64,000 nucleotides of DNA from Candidatus Omnitrophota bacterium (GCA_016197155.1 JACPWF010000006.1:9511-73510), one strand, 5' to 3'. Shown: positions 17,201 to 23,496, numbered from the stretch's first letter. Notes: generated by a model not told the origin, from the letters alone. Numbers and translations: made by a program.

Positions 17201-19073
17201 TCGGAGCGGTGAGTGCCAAGTACACGGCTGGGCGCTTTTTCATGTCGGCCAACGTGGAACCCTCCTTGATCACCAGCGCCCTCAGAGCCATGCGGTAAAA
17301 ACGGTCTGTCTTGGCCAAGCGGAGGAGTTGTTCAAAAACATCCGTGTTGATTGTCAGTTCCCGCTGGTCCGGTCCCTCAATCGCGCGATCGATCCGGACA
17401 GCCGCCGCGCCCACCGCCTCATTTTTATCGCGACGGGTTCCGGCGGAAATAAAAACTTTGTTGGGGACATTCAAAAATTCATTCACCCACCCCCGCTCTT
17501 CCCGGCTCAAGCGATCCGAATTCCTAAAAAATTCTCTCAGGCCCCGAAGAATCTTTTCCGGACGGTTGTCCGCTGAGACGATGGCCGGGCCTTGAATAGA
17601 TTTAACCGGAGGCGCGGCATCCTCTTTCACTTCCAAAAAACGATAAACGAAACAAACGACCGACAATGAAACTGCGAATATTACTCCCCCCAAAAGCAGA
17701 TCTCGTCTGTTCACCAAATACCTTCTATTGGGTTCGGAGTGATCGTTCGGATCCTGTGCGGACAGCCTCGCGGCGAACAACCGGCTCATTGAATAACCTT
17801 GAACCAAAAGCGCGTAAATAACCGGGCGTGTCAGCCGGTCTAAATCCAGCTGTGCCGGATTAGACGAGTTTCTATGAGCTTGAATAGCGGAAACCGCCTC
17901 ATTTATCGCGTCATTATTCAGGCTCAGCGTTGAAATGAGCTCAACGATTTTCTCGCTGAATGGCTTCTGCCGGGGAAATTCTTGTTCTTCGGGTCTTATT
18001 TTTATGAACCAATTGTTCAACAGCTTTCCGACCTGCGAGATCCTTATTTCTTCGTCGTTCAATCGATTTCTTTTTTGTTCTAATTTCAAATTCTCTTGAT
18101 AATGATAAACGGTCGATTCATAAACGTCATGGGCTTCCCTAAAAATCTCTTCCTGGTTTGGGTAAACTTTTTTTAATATTCCCCACACCGCATCAAAAGT
18201 GACGTCGCTCGTCTGCCGGCCGGGGGTGACGGGTACATTGGTATAACCTGTGATACTCGCCAATCTCGCCCCGCCGGTTCCATGTTGCCAAGCGCTGGCC
18301 TCGTTCCTCAAACTCGCCAACCGCGCGGCGGCAAGCGGTTCAAAAATGGGCAGTGCCCGAACCCCTGAGACAGCCGGGGTCAGACCCCTGTCCGGCGATG
18401 GCCGGTGAGGGGTCAGGCCCCTCAAGGGCTCCAAAAGCACCTCTTCATATTTTTTCTGACTCGTTTCGGACGTGACATTCGGCGTGAGAACGACGTAGGA
18501 CCAGCCTTTTTCCTTGAATAATTTTTTGAGATGCGCGGTGTGGTAGCCGCCCGCGATGAGAATGGCCGCCTTCGGCGTCCGGAGAGTGGATTGTGCCTGC
18601 CTGCCGGACAGGCAGGGAGAGTGGGTCGTGGATTTATCCACCATCCACGATCCACCATCCACGATCCGCTGTGTATTTCTTACAAACGCCCTGTCTCTGG
18701 CATTCACAGACCCATAAAACCGTCTCAGCAATTTTTTCCCGTCCTCCAAAATATTTTTGCTGGGCACCATGTCCGCAAAACACCCGCGGTCGGCAAGCTC
18801 ACGGTTCACAAAAGCCAGCGTCGAGAGCGTCGAGAAATCTTTTTCGTTGAAATCAAACAGACGGAATTCCTTGGAGGACATCTGGATCCGGTAAGCACTT
18901 TCCAAAAGCCGCAGGTAACGGTCAATCGCATGTAGGGTCGGAGGGGTCAGAGGCCTCCGACCCCTTTTTAGAATGACGGAATACACCCTCTCCTCCGTCC
19001 GCTCCGACTCATTCAGAAGTGTTTTGTAAGTGACAGAACAAAAAATTCTTTTTTGTTCTGTCATCCCGAGCAA
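8229..19073 (-). CDS. Giant multi-module protein, main frame (3614 aa), with GT5 glycogen synthase and GH15 glucoamylase modules separated by [GA]AR[LM][ASV] linkers
   Basis: 10.8 kb uninterrupted ORF with recognisable enzyme motifs. The start lacks an RBS, and the frame continues the domain begun in 19009-19986. Confidence 0.9.
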   Translation of the reverse strand: MLGMTEQKRIFCSVTYKTLLNESERTEERVYSVILKRGRRPLTPPTLHAIDRYLRLLESAYRIQMSSKEFRLFDFNEKDFSTLSTLAFVNRELADRGCFADMVPSKNILEDGKKLLRRFYGSVNARDRAFVRNTQRIVDGGSWMVDKSTTHSPCLSGRQAQSTLRTPKAAILIAGGYHTAHLKKLFKEKGWSYVVLTPNVTSETSQKKYEEVLLEPLRGLTPHRPSPDRGLTPAVSGVRALPIFEPLAAARLASLRNEASAWQHGTGGARLASITGYTNVPVTPGRQTSDVTFDAVWGILKKVYPNQEEIFREAHDVYESTVYHYQENLKLEQKRNRLNDEEIRISQVGKLLNNWFIKIRPEEQEFPRQKPFSEKIVELISTLSLNNDAINEAVSAIQAHRNSSNPAQLDLDRLTRPVIYALLVQGYSMSRLFAARLSAQDPNDHSEPNRRYLVNRRDLLLGGVIFAVSLSVVCFVYRFLEVKEDAAPPVKSIQGPAIVSADNRPEKILRGLREFFRNSDRLSREERGWVNEFLNVPNKVFISAGTRRDKNEAVGAAAVRIDRAIEGPDQRELTINTDVFEQLLRLAKTDRFYRMALRALVIKEGSTLADMKKRPAVYLALTAPRGGSEAEIVDLAGKLIDLEAVGYRAVLRHFRRVGVRRIPRRKIQAEKNDRVIGQLRRWDSLLQSSAGGEEAIRVNIFNHEIQSFNRGLWGLIVKKGIREGTITGKRKDGGIEWTFKKGALRFLRDPKYRRRVQPAGARMAGRVKPVSWKGYPPHIVLVTPEARPFAKRGGLGDSAAEQAAALARLGLEDGFVSLFMPDYRHSSNGKSGDFDVRPTDIEYSAPVAGVQVPGAVRQAMVNGVYYWLLGATNQALDYTHHLYDTTYNDTSLRQAVFFSRSVMKVIPELVRGGLMPKPDVIHANDWLTALVPILGRMEHAGWYLDPRNDLNDPLSRAKYFYRIHNAGPTYQGQFPDEWFDILGLTLSDPTQYARDFALRGGFNLTRAAIALADGVDAVSKGYGDEIMGNLVPTGGLDEIAKRRHDEGAWHPIANGLDKGNGNGSGAYRGFETVREMEKIKPLAKAELQRRFDLNVDENVPIISMIARLDPEQKGTGLVRDVLQKTLDLGAQVIIFNDMNGFGDEKANFRNLAHYLWQSGYGGQFRFYLNDSDDRLDKNPVNLDGYEMDSNDKLIYAGSDLFIVPSRTEPFGLTPPIAMLYGTVPIVRKTGGLQDTVQVYDAGRHPTGNGFIFEGYNHEEFLGAIAEALSVYKNSNQWKHVVENALNSKYSWDMRVQEFGEYYLTPFERMLRHVTAEAMKFVSPAERMTEARRRFSELKTAYPFLEDHANTAFEVIASPRRGGRGARMAGTYDRWFRVYLDSDFLELSGVFRPISGPNEPAERRRYQDIQGEEAARVIATLFAVWPLGDGPKWNQIADHDYFKNVSASTRAYLCRLVNLRKRLGRELGAAEAVSLHYPEKGKPFLIFGIKNRGETNPQTALIVGINLSNHAVSLKSEPGEDGMKDFVSVDVKPLFSPDPNKNYRLRDMAPHLPGEGQSLRQYDRSGRQLAKEGLSIGLRPYFHRASPTVHIFKMTANPVENLPFRVDEKKTDTDGWLSVNNDRVTSFHTPYLIGPDQPLVVEGVLFLDGVIDPRKIRDSLVIEIESNHTNRRQRYPANIISVGSGNGGLPPEAVFFKVRFENNTMVPGTHRLTVRARVKEDSRDTYFYPFGRQKALIHVPVDDRRHRLVGSSERNLEARAAPAQLGVGEDFRQAFVTALSDALGDAMKTGAIFASSHLTDGIDDPRSVEGNPLYGFTWMRDACQFAAFLARRAGAFENARLILNKFLDYLYQGYGATHKLNAQRLGWDGLSEPETNWGDQSDGPAHAAILMLDLFENGLLEAGSERERKALFLLERAVEAIRKNILHSILYVRGSRDPENDPRDLDAWEEFHGKHAMNDILYYGVLKRMVSAARSREALNGLAELAGRPYSELEQGQGPLDFLEREVLPIYKGRPDTWERPADYLLAHRYVFNSGRLEGPNGEKPTRLDAQTIFPYTLNLPEPYHGFFDPAILETYVQLDDVFARKFALSPEQTVRFPRTVLWGRYPGDKYGGLAFTEAPNDSGHAWVITTLWAVLFNLKAIRKILDERKIDINSESFRKFINHQGIHDVNTSKTIFPGDERYWQIVGALFQRAQDTLNFLRDLAPKGKSFSEQIERYEEGGRVKFRMRGASALNWSNWTFAMAVLEFEKIRHELDTGGVLGARLAGAGAARTRRGRGGNAPPGNHQKTPPIRPEPRSREFDDLLTPIQYAAEEIASGRVGPGRSVVDLRDGLVTIVSDSGTLPPPDLWTSDLPVFDTALVTFHTPRGRVSRELNTVELVLGIMDANRIKGEAVSTRGFLEQVTQNIKRIIDEQEAVIGDFLKSHPGESAFLREIQETRNTAAEFVRDRTEPEAAESDNEFFSKLLVLSGVVRVKAKILAELRETPGRAERMADFREKWPRVWNAAFFNEYRTAFLKYCAWGLEKISDQKKDEAVPEDFRKNILRNFLLLELEPRMTGELEKDAGPVRIDERILRKTGSVGILFMNPDGTPVQFVAGGGALEHAFANEVVFRPELVPAWHRPRQNAAFIYGTSGRFFSVTQLKNIFLDMFHLKRLFGGDEEVFLGVADTATGRLRLFRPKMAPGGNYGGWVQSVADYLKKTINDTRSSERDVAGPFLAEFFESMSVAGFTDVPSPYAGLGRVREDILERAGKSSDPESVAFLTLDRLSGWLCKEGVQNPAGANRSVKMELARGLTEELEKHRKAERILNRLSALVFHILNLRVPADTEKKSKRNQDKWTPAEFNGQDRETIEKIVKPAVSGWGNILAAISGFSDERWPVVEAAIVSAILAVRLEQGLTDPIELERWKSILEEIFSGEPDSDSASTHYRKRRLEQIVRTGLTTAARLALGGVKGLPPDALVAGSAGELSNQRPDPSAFSAVLTRLHDEGRLSPEAFTCLETLYREQVSESRPDAARLSLSSRQAGRVGAVWQRLMAIYSLLASNAVLRLMIKIKKIKLNRMERIADKHKHVVPRTGKGARLAGLSEANQKSGGVGAAGTADPLQKAFRDELLVLFGEYQTALQLAYLDAQEKRISNIRLDPETKKALAKINELLEYAIQDNCAERLGVLLASLLSITVYSGRSGESSGPYSEKVGEIESIISKILIDRSKIRGLESGARLAARRRFPHKQYSHKESLRREALRREFEEKRIKSQERAHREGIPDGVDDEFPESLLPEGQSLPRALRRTAGARLVNASEKARLRQAFLPVRLNELENKIPYPIRIGDGAGFAARSGNNIILFDEEMRPVLRFHYSEADIVAANLNIERVQTDRGLTAADDRKMLSAVEILERGDEETAKVRAAFEKYKDSGLVSQETCVVSIDLGRLPGDKAYLLNELLMLRRISRLPAAKNFIFRFEGTGVDRILKMPLAATLAAEGVINQDARIHPATGKPYRQLALATPGEINSWTAAQALPFIPAKPLDRGELDSEADIWLAMFAASVDPKNIPDGFVSLYRSRLPEVDWTDLSFSLHLFLSGDISPNTRAAAKRLALPPLFRAAWTQIQQYFRTLQQTAAWA
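12330..13770 (-). other. GH15 glucoamylase-like domain within the giant ORF
   Basis: GAIFASS, YGFTWMRDA, DAWEE (general acid region), GRYPGDKYGG, FSEQI (general base region) and ALNWS. Confidence 0.85.
15168..16745 (-). other. GT5 glycogen/starch synthase domain within the giant ORF
   Basis: PFAKRGGLGD (KxGGL), IHANDWLTAL, IHNAGPTYQG, IANGLD, PSRTEPFGLT and GTVPIVRKTGGLQDTV. Confidence 0.92.
18376..18421. repeat. Pair of GGGGTCAG[AG]CCCC palindromes, in frame in the giant ORF
   Basis: ggggtcagacccc (18376-18388) and ggggtcaggcccc (18409-18421); translated as RGLTP twice. Confidence 0.8.
18581..18667. repeat. Inverted heptamer arrays with a nested CCTGCCTGCCGGACAGGCAGG palindrome, in frame
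   Basis: gagagtg/gattgtg/ggtcgtg units face (atccacc atccacg)x2 at 18636-18667; a 21-bp palindrome at 18596-18616 sits inside the left arm. Confidence 0.8.
18935..18964. repeat. REP-like element GGGTCGGAGGGGTCAGAGGCCTCCGACCCC, in frame
   Basis: 30/30 identical to intergenic 50799-50828; translated GRRPLTPPTL. Confidence 0.92.
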
Positions 19074-19986
19074 GCGAAGCGCGTCGAGGGATCAAGTCAT
19101 CACTATGGGTTTTTTCTACCAACGCCGCCTGCTCCAGATTCGCGAGATTGAAATCAATTTGCTTTTCTTTATCTTTTAAATTTATTAATTGCTGAATGGC
19201 GGGGAATTCATTCAGACTGATATTCTTTTCTTCGGCAAGCTTCAAGAGGCCTTCAATGCTTTTCCCCTGATTTCTGATTTCTGACTTCTGATTTCTGTCT
19301 TTTTCATATTCCAAAAGTTCTTTGGTATAATACTTATTTTTCAGCTTTTCAACCGACACCTCAATCGTTTTCAAATAATCCAGGATCGCCTCGCGCTTGC
19401 CGGCCAAAGCCGCATAATTTTTCAGGCTCTCCATGTAAAGATTCAGATCTTCGACGCCCATGATCTTCATCGAACGATTTGAGCTAAGATTTAAATATTC
19501 CTCCCCCTGAATTTTTCCCTGCGCGAGATAACTGCGGCCGAGGCGTTTCCACACTTCGGGAGACGCAATTTTTTTGATCGGCGTCAGCGTGCAGTCCCCT
19601 TCTCCACCCTCCGACAATACCAGTAGGGGCGACGCGTCGCCCGCCTGCCGGACGGGCAGGCGTCGCCCATACGGCGCATAATATTTTTCCGAAATCGCCT
19701 CAAGAGTTTTCGCCAAATTTTCCTGGCCGGAGAGATTGGAGTGGGCATCCTGGATGTGAATGATGAGCCTGCCGTTTGTGCCGCGGTGAATTTCCTTTAA
19801 GTCCGCGAAATCCAAGGGCGTCTCAAATAAGGTAGGATTCTGCGCAATCATCTGCAGGGGCGACCCGTACGAAGAATCGTGGCTATACATCGAATCCACC
19901 GGCGCGGCGTAGGACAGCTCTTGAATTAAAAAAGTCCCCGCCAGCACGAGCGCGATCGCTTTTATGCGCGTCTTCATTTTGTGCAT
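19009..19986 (-). CDS. N-terminal part of the giant protein: signal peptide plus first half of an IHIQDAH domain
   Basis: MHKMKTRIKAIALVLAGTFLIQELSYA signal-like start; IIHIQDAH, LSEGG and GVEDLNLY motifs; overlaps the giant ORF, which is in the +1 frame. Confidence 0.85.
   Translation of the reverse strand: MHKMKTRIKAIALVLAGTFLIQELSYAAPVDSMYSHDSSYGSPLQMIAQNPTLFETPLDFADLKEIHRGTNGRLIIHIQDAHSNLSGQENLAKTLEAISEKYYAPYGRRLPVRQAGDASPLLVLSEGGEGDCTLTPIKKIASPEVWKRLGRSYLAQGKIQGEEYLNLSSNRSMKIMGVEDLNLYMESLKNYAALAGKREAILDYLKTIEVSVEKLKNKYYTKELLEYEKDRNQKSEIRNQGKSIEGLLKLAEEKNISLNEFPAIQQLINLKDKEKQIDFNLANLEQAALVEKTHSDDLIPRRASLARDDRTKKNFLFCHLQNTSE
19031..19093. repeat. Perfect 15-bp inverted repeat overlapping a GTCAT-type REP half-element at the frame break
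   Basis: tgacagaacaaaaaa-ttc-ttttttgttctgtca (19031-19063) followed by tgtcatcccgagcaagcgaagcgcgtcgagggatc (19059-19093). Confidence 0.88.
19267..19298. repeat. Heptamer array (CTGATTT)n, in frame
   Basis: ctgattt ctgattt ctgactt ctgattt; translated RNQKSEIRNQ. Confidence 0.88.
19623..19672. repeat. GTAG-type REP with a nested 21-bp CCCGCCTGCCGGACGGGCAGG palindrome, in frame
   Basis: gtaggggcgacgcgtcg[cccgcctgccggacgggcagg]cgtcgcccatac; translated YGRRLPVRQAGDASPL. Confidence 0.85.
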
Positions 19987-20031
19987 CTTATTTTATCCAT
20001 TAAAGTTAGAGATAGAACTCATCTTGGGTAA

Positions 20032-20060
20032 AGTCTACCTTACAAAGTCAAAATAAGCAA
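20032..20060 (-). promoter_or_regulatory. Candidate promoter of the giant gene
   Basis: TTGCTT-17 nt-TAGACT about 45 nt upstream of ATG 19986, in an AT-rich tract. Confidence 0.4.
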
Positions 20061-20137
20061 ATTTTTTACTATCCATAACTCTTTTATTTATAAATAGTTA
20101 CAATATTTTATACCCCCTTCCCAGAGACATAGAAAAA

Positions 20138-20340
20138 GGGGTCAGAGGCCTCCTGCACCAGGACCCCCTCAAGCGGGCACATCCACCGGAAAAGCCGCGT
20201 ATTTTTGTCTTTTGGGGACTGTCCCTTTTTGCCCTTTTGGGGACAGTCCCCTATTTTTTTCGTTCTATATTTCATTTCAAAACTACCTTTTTTCTCTCTT
20301 TAGGGACTGCCCCTTTTTGGTCAAAAAGGGACAGTCCCCT
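20138..20340. repeat. Intergenic REP-like cluster: partial GGGGTCAGAGGCCTCC plus four GGGAC[TA]G[TC]CCC palindromes
   Basis: Copies at 20138-20153, 20214-20225, 20239-20251, 20302-20313 and 20327-20340. Confidence 0.82.
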
Positions 20341-20403
20341 ATTCATATTGCGTTACTTCAATAGGCTTGTTAGAATAAGGAAATTAAACAAGGAGAAAAA
20401 TTC

Positions 20404-21036
20404 ATGTCTGAAGCCGCATCCTTGGATGTGTTTACCATCGTGCTTTTTGCCCTTCGCTGGCTGCATTTCATTTTTGGCATCACCTGGATTGGCCTTCTTT
20501 ATTTCTTCAATTTCGTGAACGGCCCCTTCCAAAAAACCCTCGACGCCAATACCAAAAAAATCGTCGTTCCTCAGCTCATGCCGCGGGCGCTGTGGTGGTT
20601 CCGCTGGGGCGCCATGATCACGTTCCTTTCCGGATGGGCGTACATCGGAATCAAACTTCACGCGAACGGCGCGGGCCTGACGGGCGAAGGCGGTCTTTTG
20701 ACTTCAACCTGGGGTCAATGGATCTCGCTCGGCGCGCTTTTTGGAAGTGTGATGTGGTTTAATGTGTGGTTTGTTATTTGGCCGGCTCAACAAAAATTGA
20801 TCGCCTGGACCAAAGCGGGTCAGGCGCCGCCTGAAATGGCCGGACTCGCCGCCAAAGCCGCCAAACGTTCACGCATCAACACTTATCTCTCGGTACCGCT
20901 TTTATTTTTCATGGGAGCCGCCAGCCACTTTCCTTCGTTCAGCTGGATAACGGCAGTGATCGTGATCGCCATCGGCTTTGTGCTTGTGTGGCATCTCATA
21001 AATAAAGTTGCGCCAAAGGTGGGTTCGAATTTTTAA
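20404..21036 (+). CDS. Urate hydroxylase PuuD-like integral membrane protein
   Basis: LRWLHFIFGITWIGLLYFFN, ALWWFRWGA, MWFNVWFVIWPAQ and SRINTYLSVPLLFFM; AAGGAG RBS. Confidence 0.75.
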   Translation: MSEAASLDVFTIVLFALRWLHFIFGITWIGLLYFFNFVNGPFQKTLDANTKKIVVPQLMPRALWWFRWGAMITFLSGWAYIGIKLHANGAGLTGEGGLLTSTWGQWISLGALFGSVMWFNVWFVIWPAQQKLIAWTKAGQAPPEMAGLAAKAAKRSRINTYLSVPLLFFMGAASHFPSFSWITAVIVIAIGFVLVWHLINKVAPKVGSNF

Positions 21037-21849
21037 CTAGAAAGTAAAATCAACACCTTTTCTCTCTCGGGGCTCAACGTGAACTTTCTGCGTTTGGGCC
21101 CCGAGTTTTTCATGCCAGGCCTCAATCACATAATCCCCCGGCGGCAGGTTTTTGATTTCAAATTTTCCGTTCTCATCGCTCACCGCGAAATACGGGTGCG
21201 CGAGCACCCCGATGTAGCCCGTCATCCACGGGTGCACGTCGCATTTTAAAGGCACCATCACCTCCGGCGCCGAAAAACTCTTCGTCTGCTTCATTCCCTG
21301 AAACGGCAGGCCCAAATTCCACGGCCTTGAATTTTTCGGAAACGAGTGAATGTTGTGCAGGGTCGGGTCTTCATTCAGAAAAATAACCGGCTGGCCCACC
21401 TGCGCGCCCGTCACGTGCGGCAGGTAAACACAGCCTTTATTTTCGATCGTGACGGGTGCGGCGGGCGGCGGAAAATTCATTCCCTCGAGCCCTTCTTTCA
21501 CGTAGACAAAAACATTTTGCACGGCGCCGTCTTTCACCAAAAGCTCCTCGGAATAAAGCGGCTCTTTGTGAAACACCGAACATTCGGGGTTGCCTTTAAT
21601 GGACAATTCTTTTGGCGCGGGCGCCTGGCCGGTGAATAAAACTTTTCCGGCGAGCGTGGCCGCGGTTGAGGGGTCAAAAGCGGATTTGGCCGGCGCTTGA
21701 GAAACGGCCGACTCGGGAGACGGCGTTTCCTTCTTTGCGCAACCGGAGGTCACCACCGTCATTGCGAGGAGGAGCGAAGCGACGACGAAGCAATCTCCAC
21801 GACAAAGATTGCTTCGCCCCTTCGGGGCTCGCAATGACAGCTGACTCAC
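21037..21849 (-). CDS. Lipoprotein with cupredoxin-like and carboxypeptidase-regulatory-like domains
   Basis: Lipobox [16 protein letters not shown] and [20 protein letters not shown]; start GTG 21849 overlapping the dnaJ-like stop. Confidence 0.75.
   Translation of the reverse strand: MSQLSLRAPKGRSNLCRGDCFVVASLLLAMTVVTSGCAKKETPSPESAVSQAPAKSAFDPSTAATLAGKVLFTGQAPAPKELSIKGNPECSVFHKEPLYSEELLVKDGAVQNVFVYVKEGLEGMNFPPPAAPVTIENKGCVYLPHVTGAQVGQPVIFLNEDPTLHNIHSFPKNSRPWNLGLPFQGMKQTKSFSAPEVMVPLKCDVHPWMTGYIGVLAHPYFAVSDENGKFEIKNLPPGDYVIEAWHEKLGAQTQKVHVEPRERKGVDFTF
21757..21839. repeat. CGTC-type bipartite REP element forming the lipoprotein signal peptide
   Basis: cgtcattgcgag...gaagcaatct...agattgcttc...ctcgcaatgaca nested inverted repeats. 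Confidence 0.9.
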
Positions 21850-22472
21850 GCTTCCACCTTTATCGTCAAAATCAAATCCCCGGGATGATTGCAGGTGTGG
21901 CAAACTCTTCCTTGACGGGCCAGCCTCAACTTTTTCCCCGAAGAAATCCCGGCGGGAATTTTCACGGTGATTTTCCTGCCGTCATTCATCGAAAAACTGA
22001 CTTCACCGCCCTTTTGGGCCCTGGTTTTCGAAACTTTGAGCGTGGCTGTCAAATCCGAGGAAACTTCTTCGGATATTTCTTCTTCGCTGTCAAAACGTCC
22101 CCGCGAACCGGCTCCTCCTCCGAAAATATCCTCAAAATGAAAGGAACGGCCGCCGCCCTGGCCTCCGCGAAACGCCCGGAGAATTTCTTCAAAATTAAAA
22201 TCCTGCGCGCCTTGAAAACCCTGCGCGGACCCGCCGCCGAAGCCCCCCGAAAACCCGCCTTTTTTGTAGGCGTCGTAGTCAGCGCGTTTTTTGGCGTCGC
22301 TTAAAACGTAGTAGGCCTCGGAGATTTCCTTGAACTTTTCCTCGGCGGATTTGTTGTTGGGGTTGGCGTCGGGGTGAAATTTTTTGGCCAGCGACCGGTA
22401 AACTTTTTTAATTTCATCCGCGGACGCCTTTTGACCGACGCCTAAAATTTCGTAATAATCACGCTTTGGCAT
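21846..22472 (-). CDS. Short DnaJ/CbpA-like co-chaperone
   Basis: [11 protein letters not shown] motif, G/F-rich linker and a partial C-terminal domain. Confidence 0.9.
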   Translation of the reverse strand: MPKRDYYEILGVGQKASADEIKKVYRSLAKKFHPDANPNNKSAEEKFKEISEAYYVLSDAKKRADYDAYKKGGFSGGFGGGSAQGFQGAQDFNFEEILRAFRGGQGGGRSFHFEDIFGGGAGSRGRFDSEEEISEEVSSDLTATLKVSKTRAQKGGEVSFSMNDGRKITVKIPAGISSGKKLRLARQGRVCHTCNHPGDLILTIKVEA

Positions 22473-23496
22473 GGACCAAAACCTTGTCCCGTCCGCCGTA
22501 GCGGGCGAACCATGGCTTTGCGCCTTTGTCGAGCACCGCGTTCAGAGCCTGGATATTTTTCACGCCGCGGTCCGAAAGCCAGGCCTCGAGCGCCTTCGCC
22601 CCCTCCTTGGCGTACACGGGCACCCCGTCCTTCCACGTCGCGCGGCCGCAGAGCACACCCGCGAAATTCACACCCGCGCTGATCGCCAGCTCCAGACTTT
22701 CTCTGAAAATGTCGTCGCTGACACCGGCCGAAAGATAGATGAACGGTTTTTTCGTGCAGGCGTCCTGCCGTTTGAAAATCGCCCGGGCCTCGTCCCAGTC
22801 GTAGGCGGCCTCTTTTCCGTTAAACGCCTTGGAGCCCTTCAGAAATTTCACGTCGATGGGAATTTCCACCTTCAGCACGTCGACCTTGTAGCGGTCCTTC
22901 GAAAATTCCTCCATGCTTTTGATGACGACGTCCGGCTTGATTTTGGCGTACGCCAAATCTTTCGCGTCGCCGCCCTTGGGGTCGTAGCCGACAAATTCCA
23001 GAAAAAAAGCGATGTCCGCCTCTTCGCATTCCTTGCCGATGCGTTCCATGATCTCCTGTTTTCTTTGATTCACTTTGGGATCATCAAACGGAGAATAATA
23101 CAAAAGCACTTTCACGCAGTCGGCGCCCTCTTCCTTGATACGCCTGGCGCTGTAACCGTCGATGAAGGTCGGGATGCGTCCGGCGCTCGTGTCGTCGTAA
23201 CCGGTTTTTTCGTAGGCCAAAAGGAGACCGGCATTTTTCGCGCGCGCCTTCGCGGCGGGCAGGCCGTATTCGGGGTCGAGCAGGATCGCGCTCGCGTGGG
23301 GCGTCAAAACTTTCGTCACGGCGGTTTTGAATTCCTCAAGCATCTGCCGCGTGACCTGGCTGTCGGGAACGCCTTTGGCCTTCGCGATGGATTTCTGCAG
23401 GGACCCGCGCTGGTCCATGGCCGCGGCGCTGATGACCCCTTTTTTATTGGAAACCGCCTCCAGACTTTTCAATTTGCCTTCAGAAAGGGTGATCAC
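22459..23496 (-). CDS. lacD: Tagatose-1,6-bisphosphate aldolase family class I aldolase
   Basis: [34 protein letters not shown] and GVLCGRATW. Confidence 0.85.
   Translation of the reverse strand: MITLSEGKLKSLEAVSNKKGVISAAAMDQRGSLQKSIAKAKGVPDSQVTRQMLEEFKTAVTKVLTPHASAILLDPEYGLPAAKARAKNAGLLLAYEKTGYDDTSAGRIPTFIDGYSARRIKEEGADCVKVLLYYSPFDDPKVNQRKQEIMERIGKECEEADIAFFLEFVGYDPKGGDAKDLAYAKIKPDVVIKSMEEFSKDRYKVDVLKVEIPIDVKFLKGSKAFNGKEAAYDWDEARAIFKRQDACTKKPFIYLSAGVSDDIFRESLELAISAGVNFAGVLCGRATWKDGVPVYAKEGAKALEAWLSDRGVKNIQALNAVLDKGAKPWFARYGGRDKVLVHAKA

Noticed and set aside
19009-19011. TGA readthrough or selenocysteine joining the two parts of the giant gene
   Set aside because: The downstream ORF is in a different frame, so readthrough cannot join them. 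TGA is also a normal stop for many genes here.
19048-19054. A-AAA-AAG slippery heptamer in the zero frame of the upstream ORF, suggesting a dnaX-type -1 frameshift into the giant ORF
   Set aside because: The -1 frame reads KKEFFVLSLTKHF* and stops; the giant ORF is in the +1 frame.
20070-20105. AT-rich TAACT...AATAGTTA motif, loosely similar to 48935-48970, as a possible dif/Xer or regulator site
   Set aside because: The similarity is weak and low-complexity and does not match a 28-bp dif layout convincingly.
20138-20340. Regularly spaced short palindromes as a possible CRISPR array
   Set aside because: Repeats are only 12-14 bp, alternate in orientation, have uneven spacing, and no cas genes are present.
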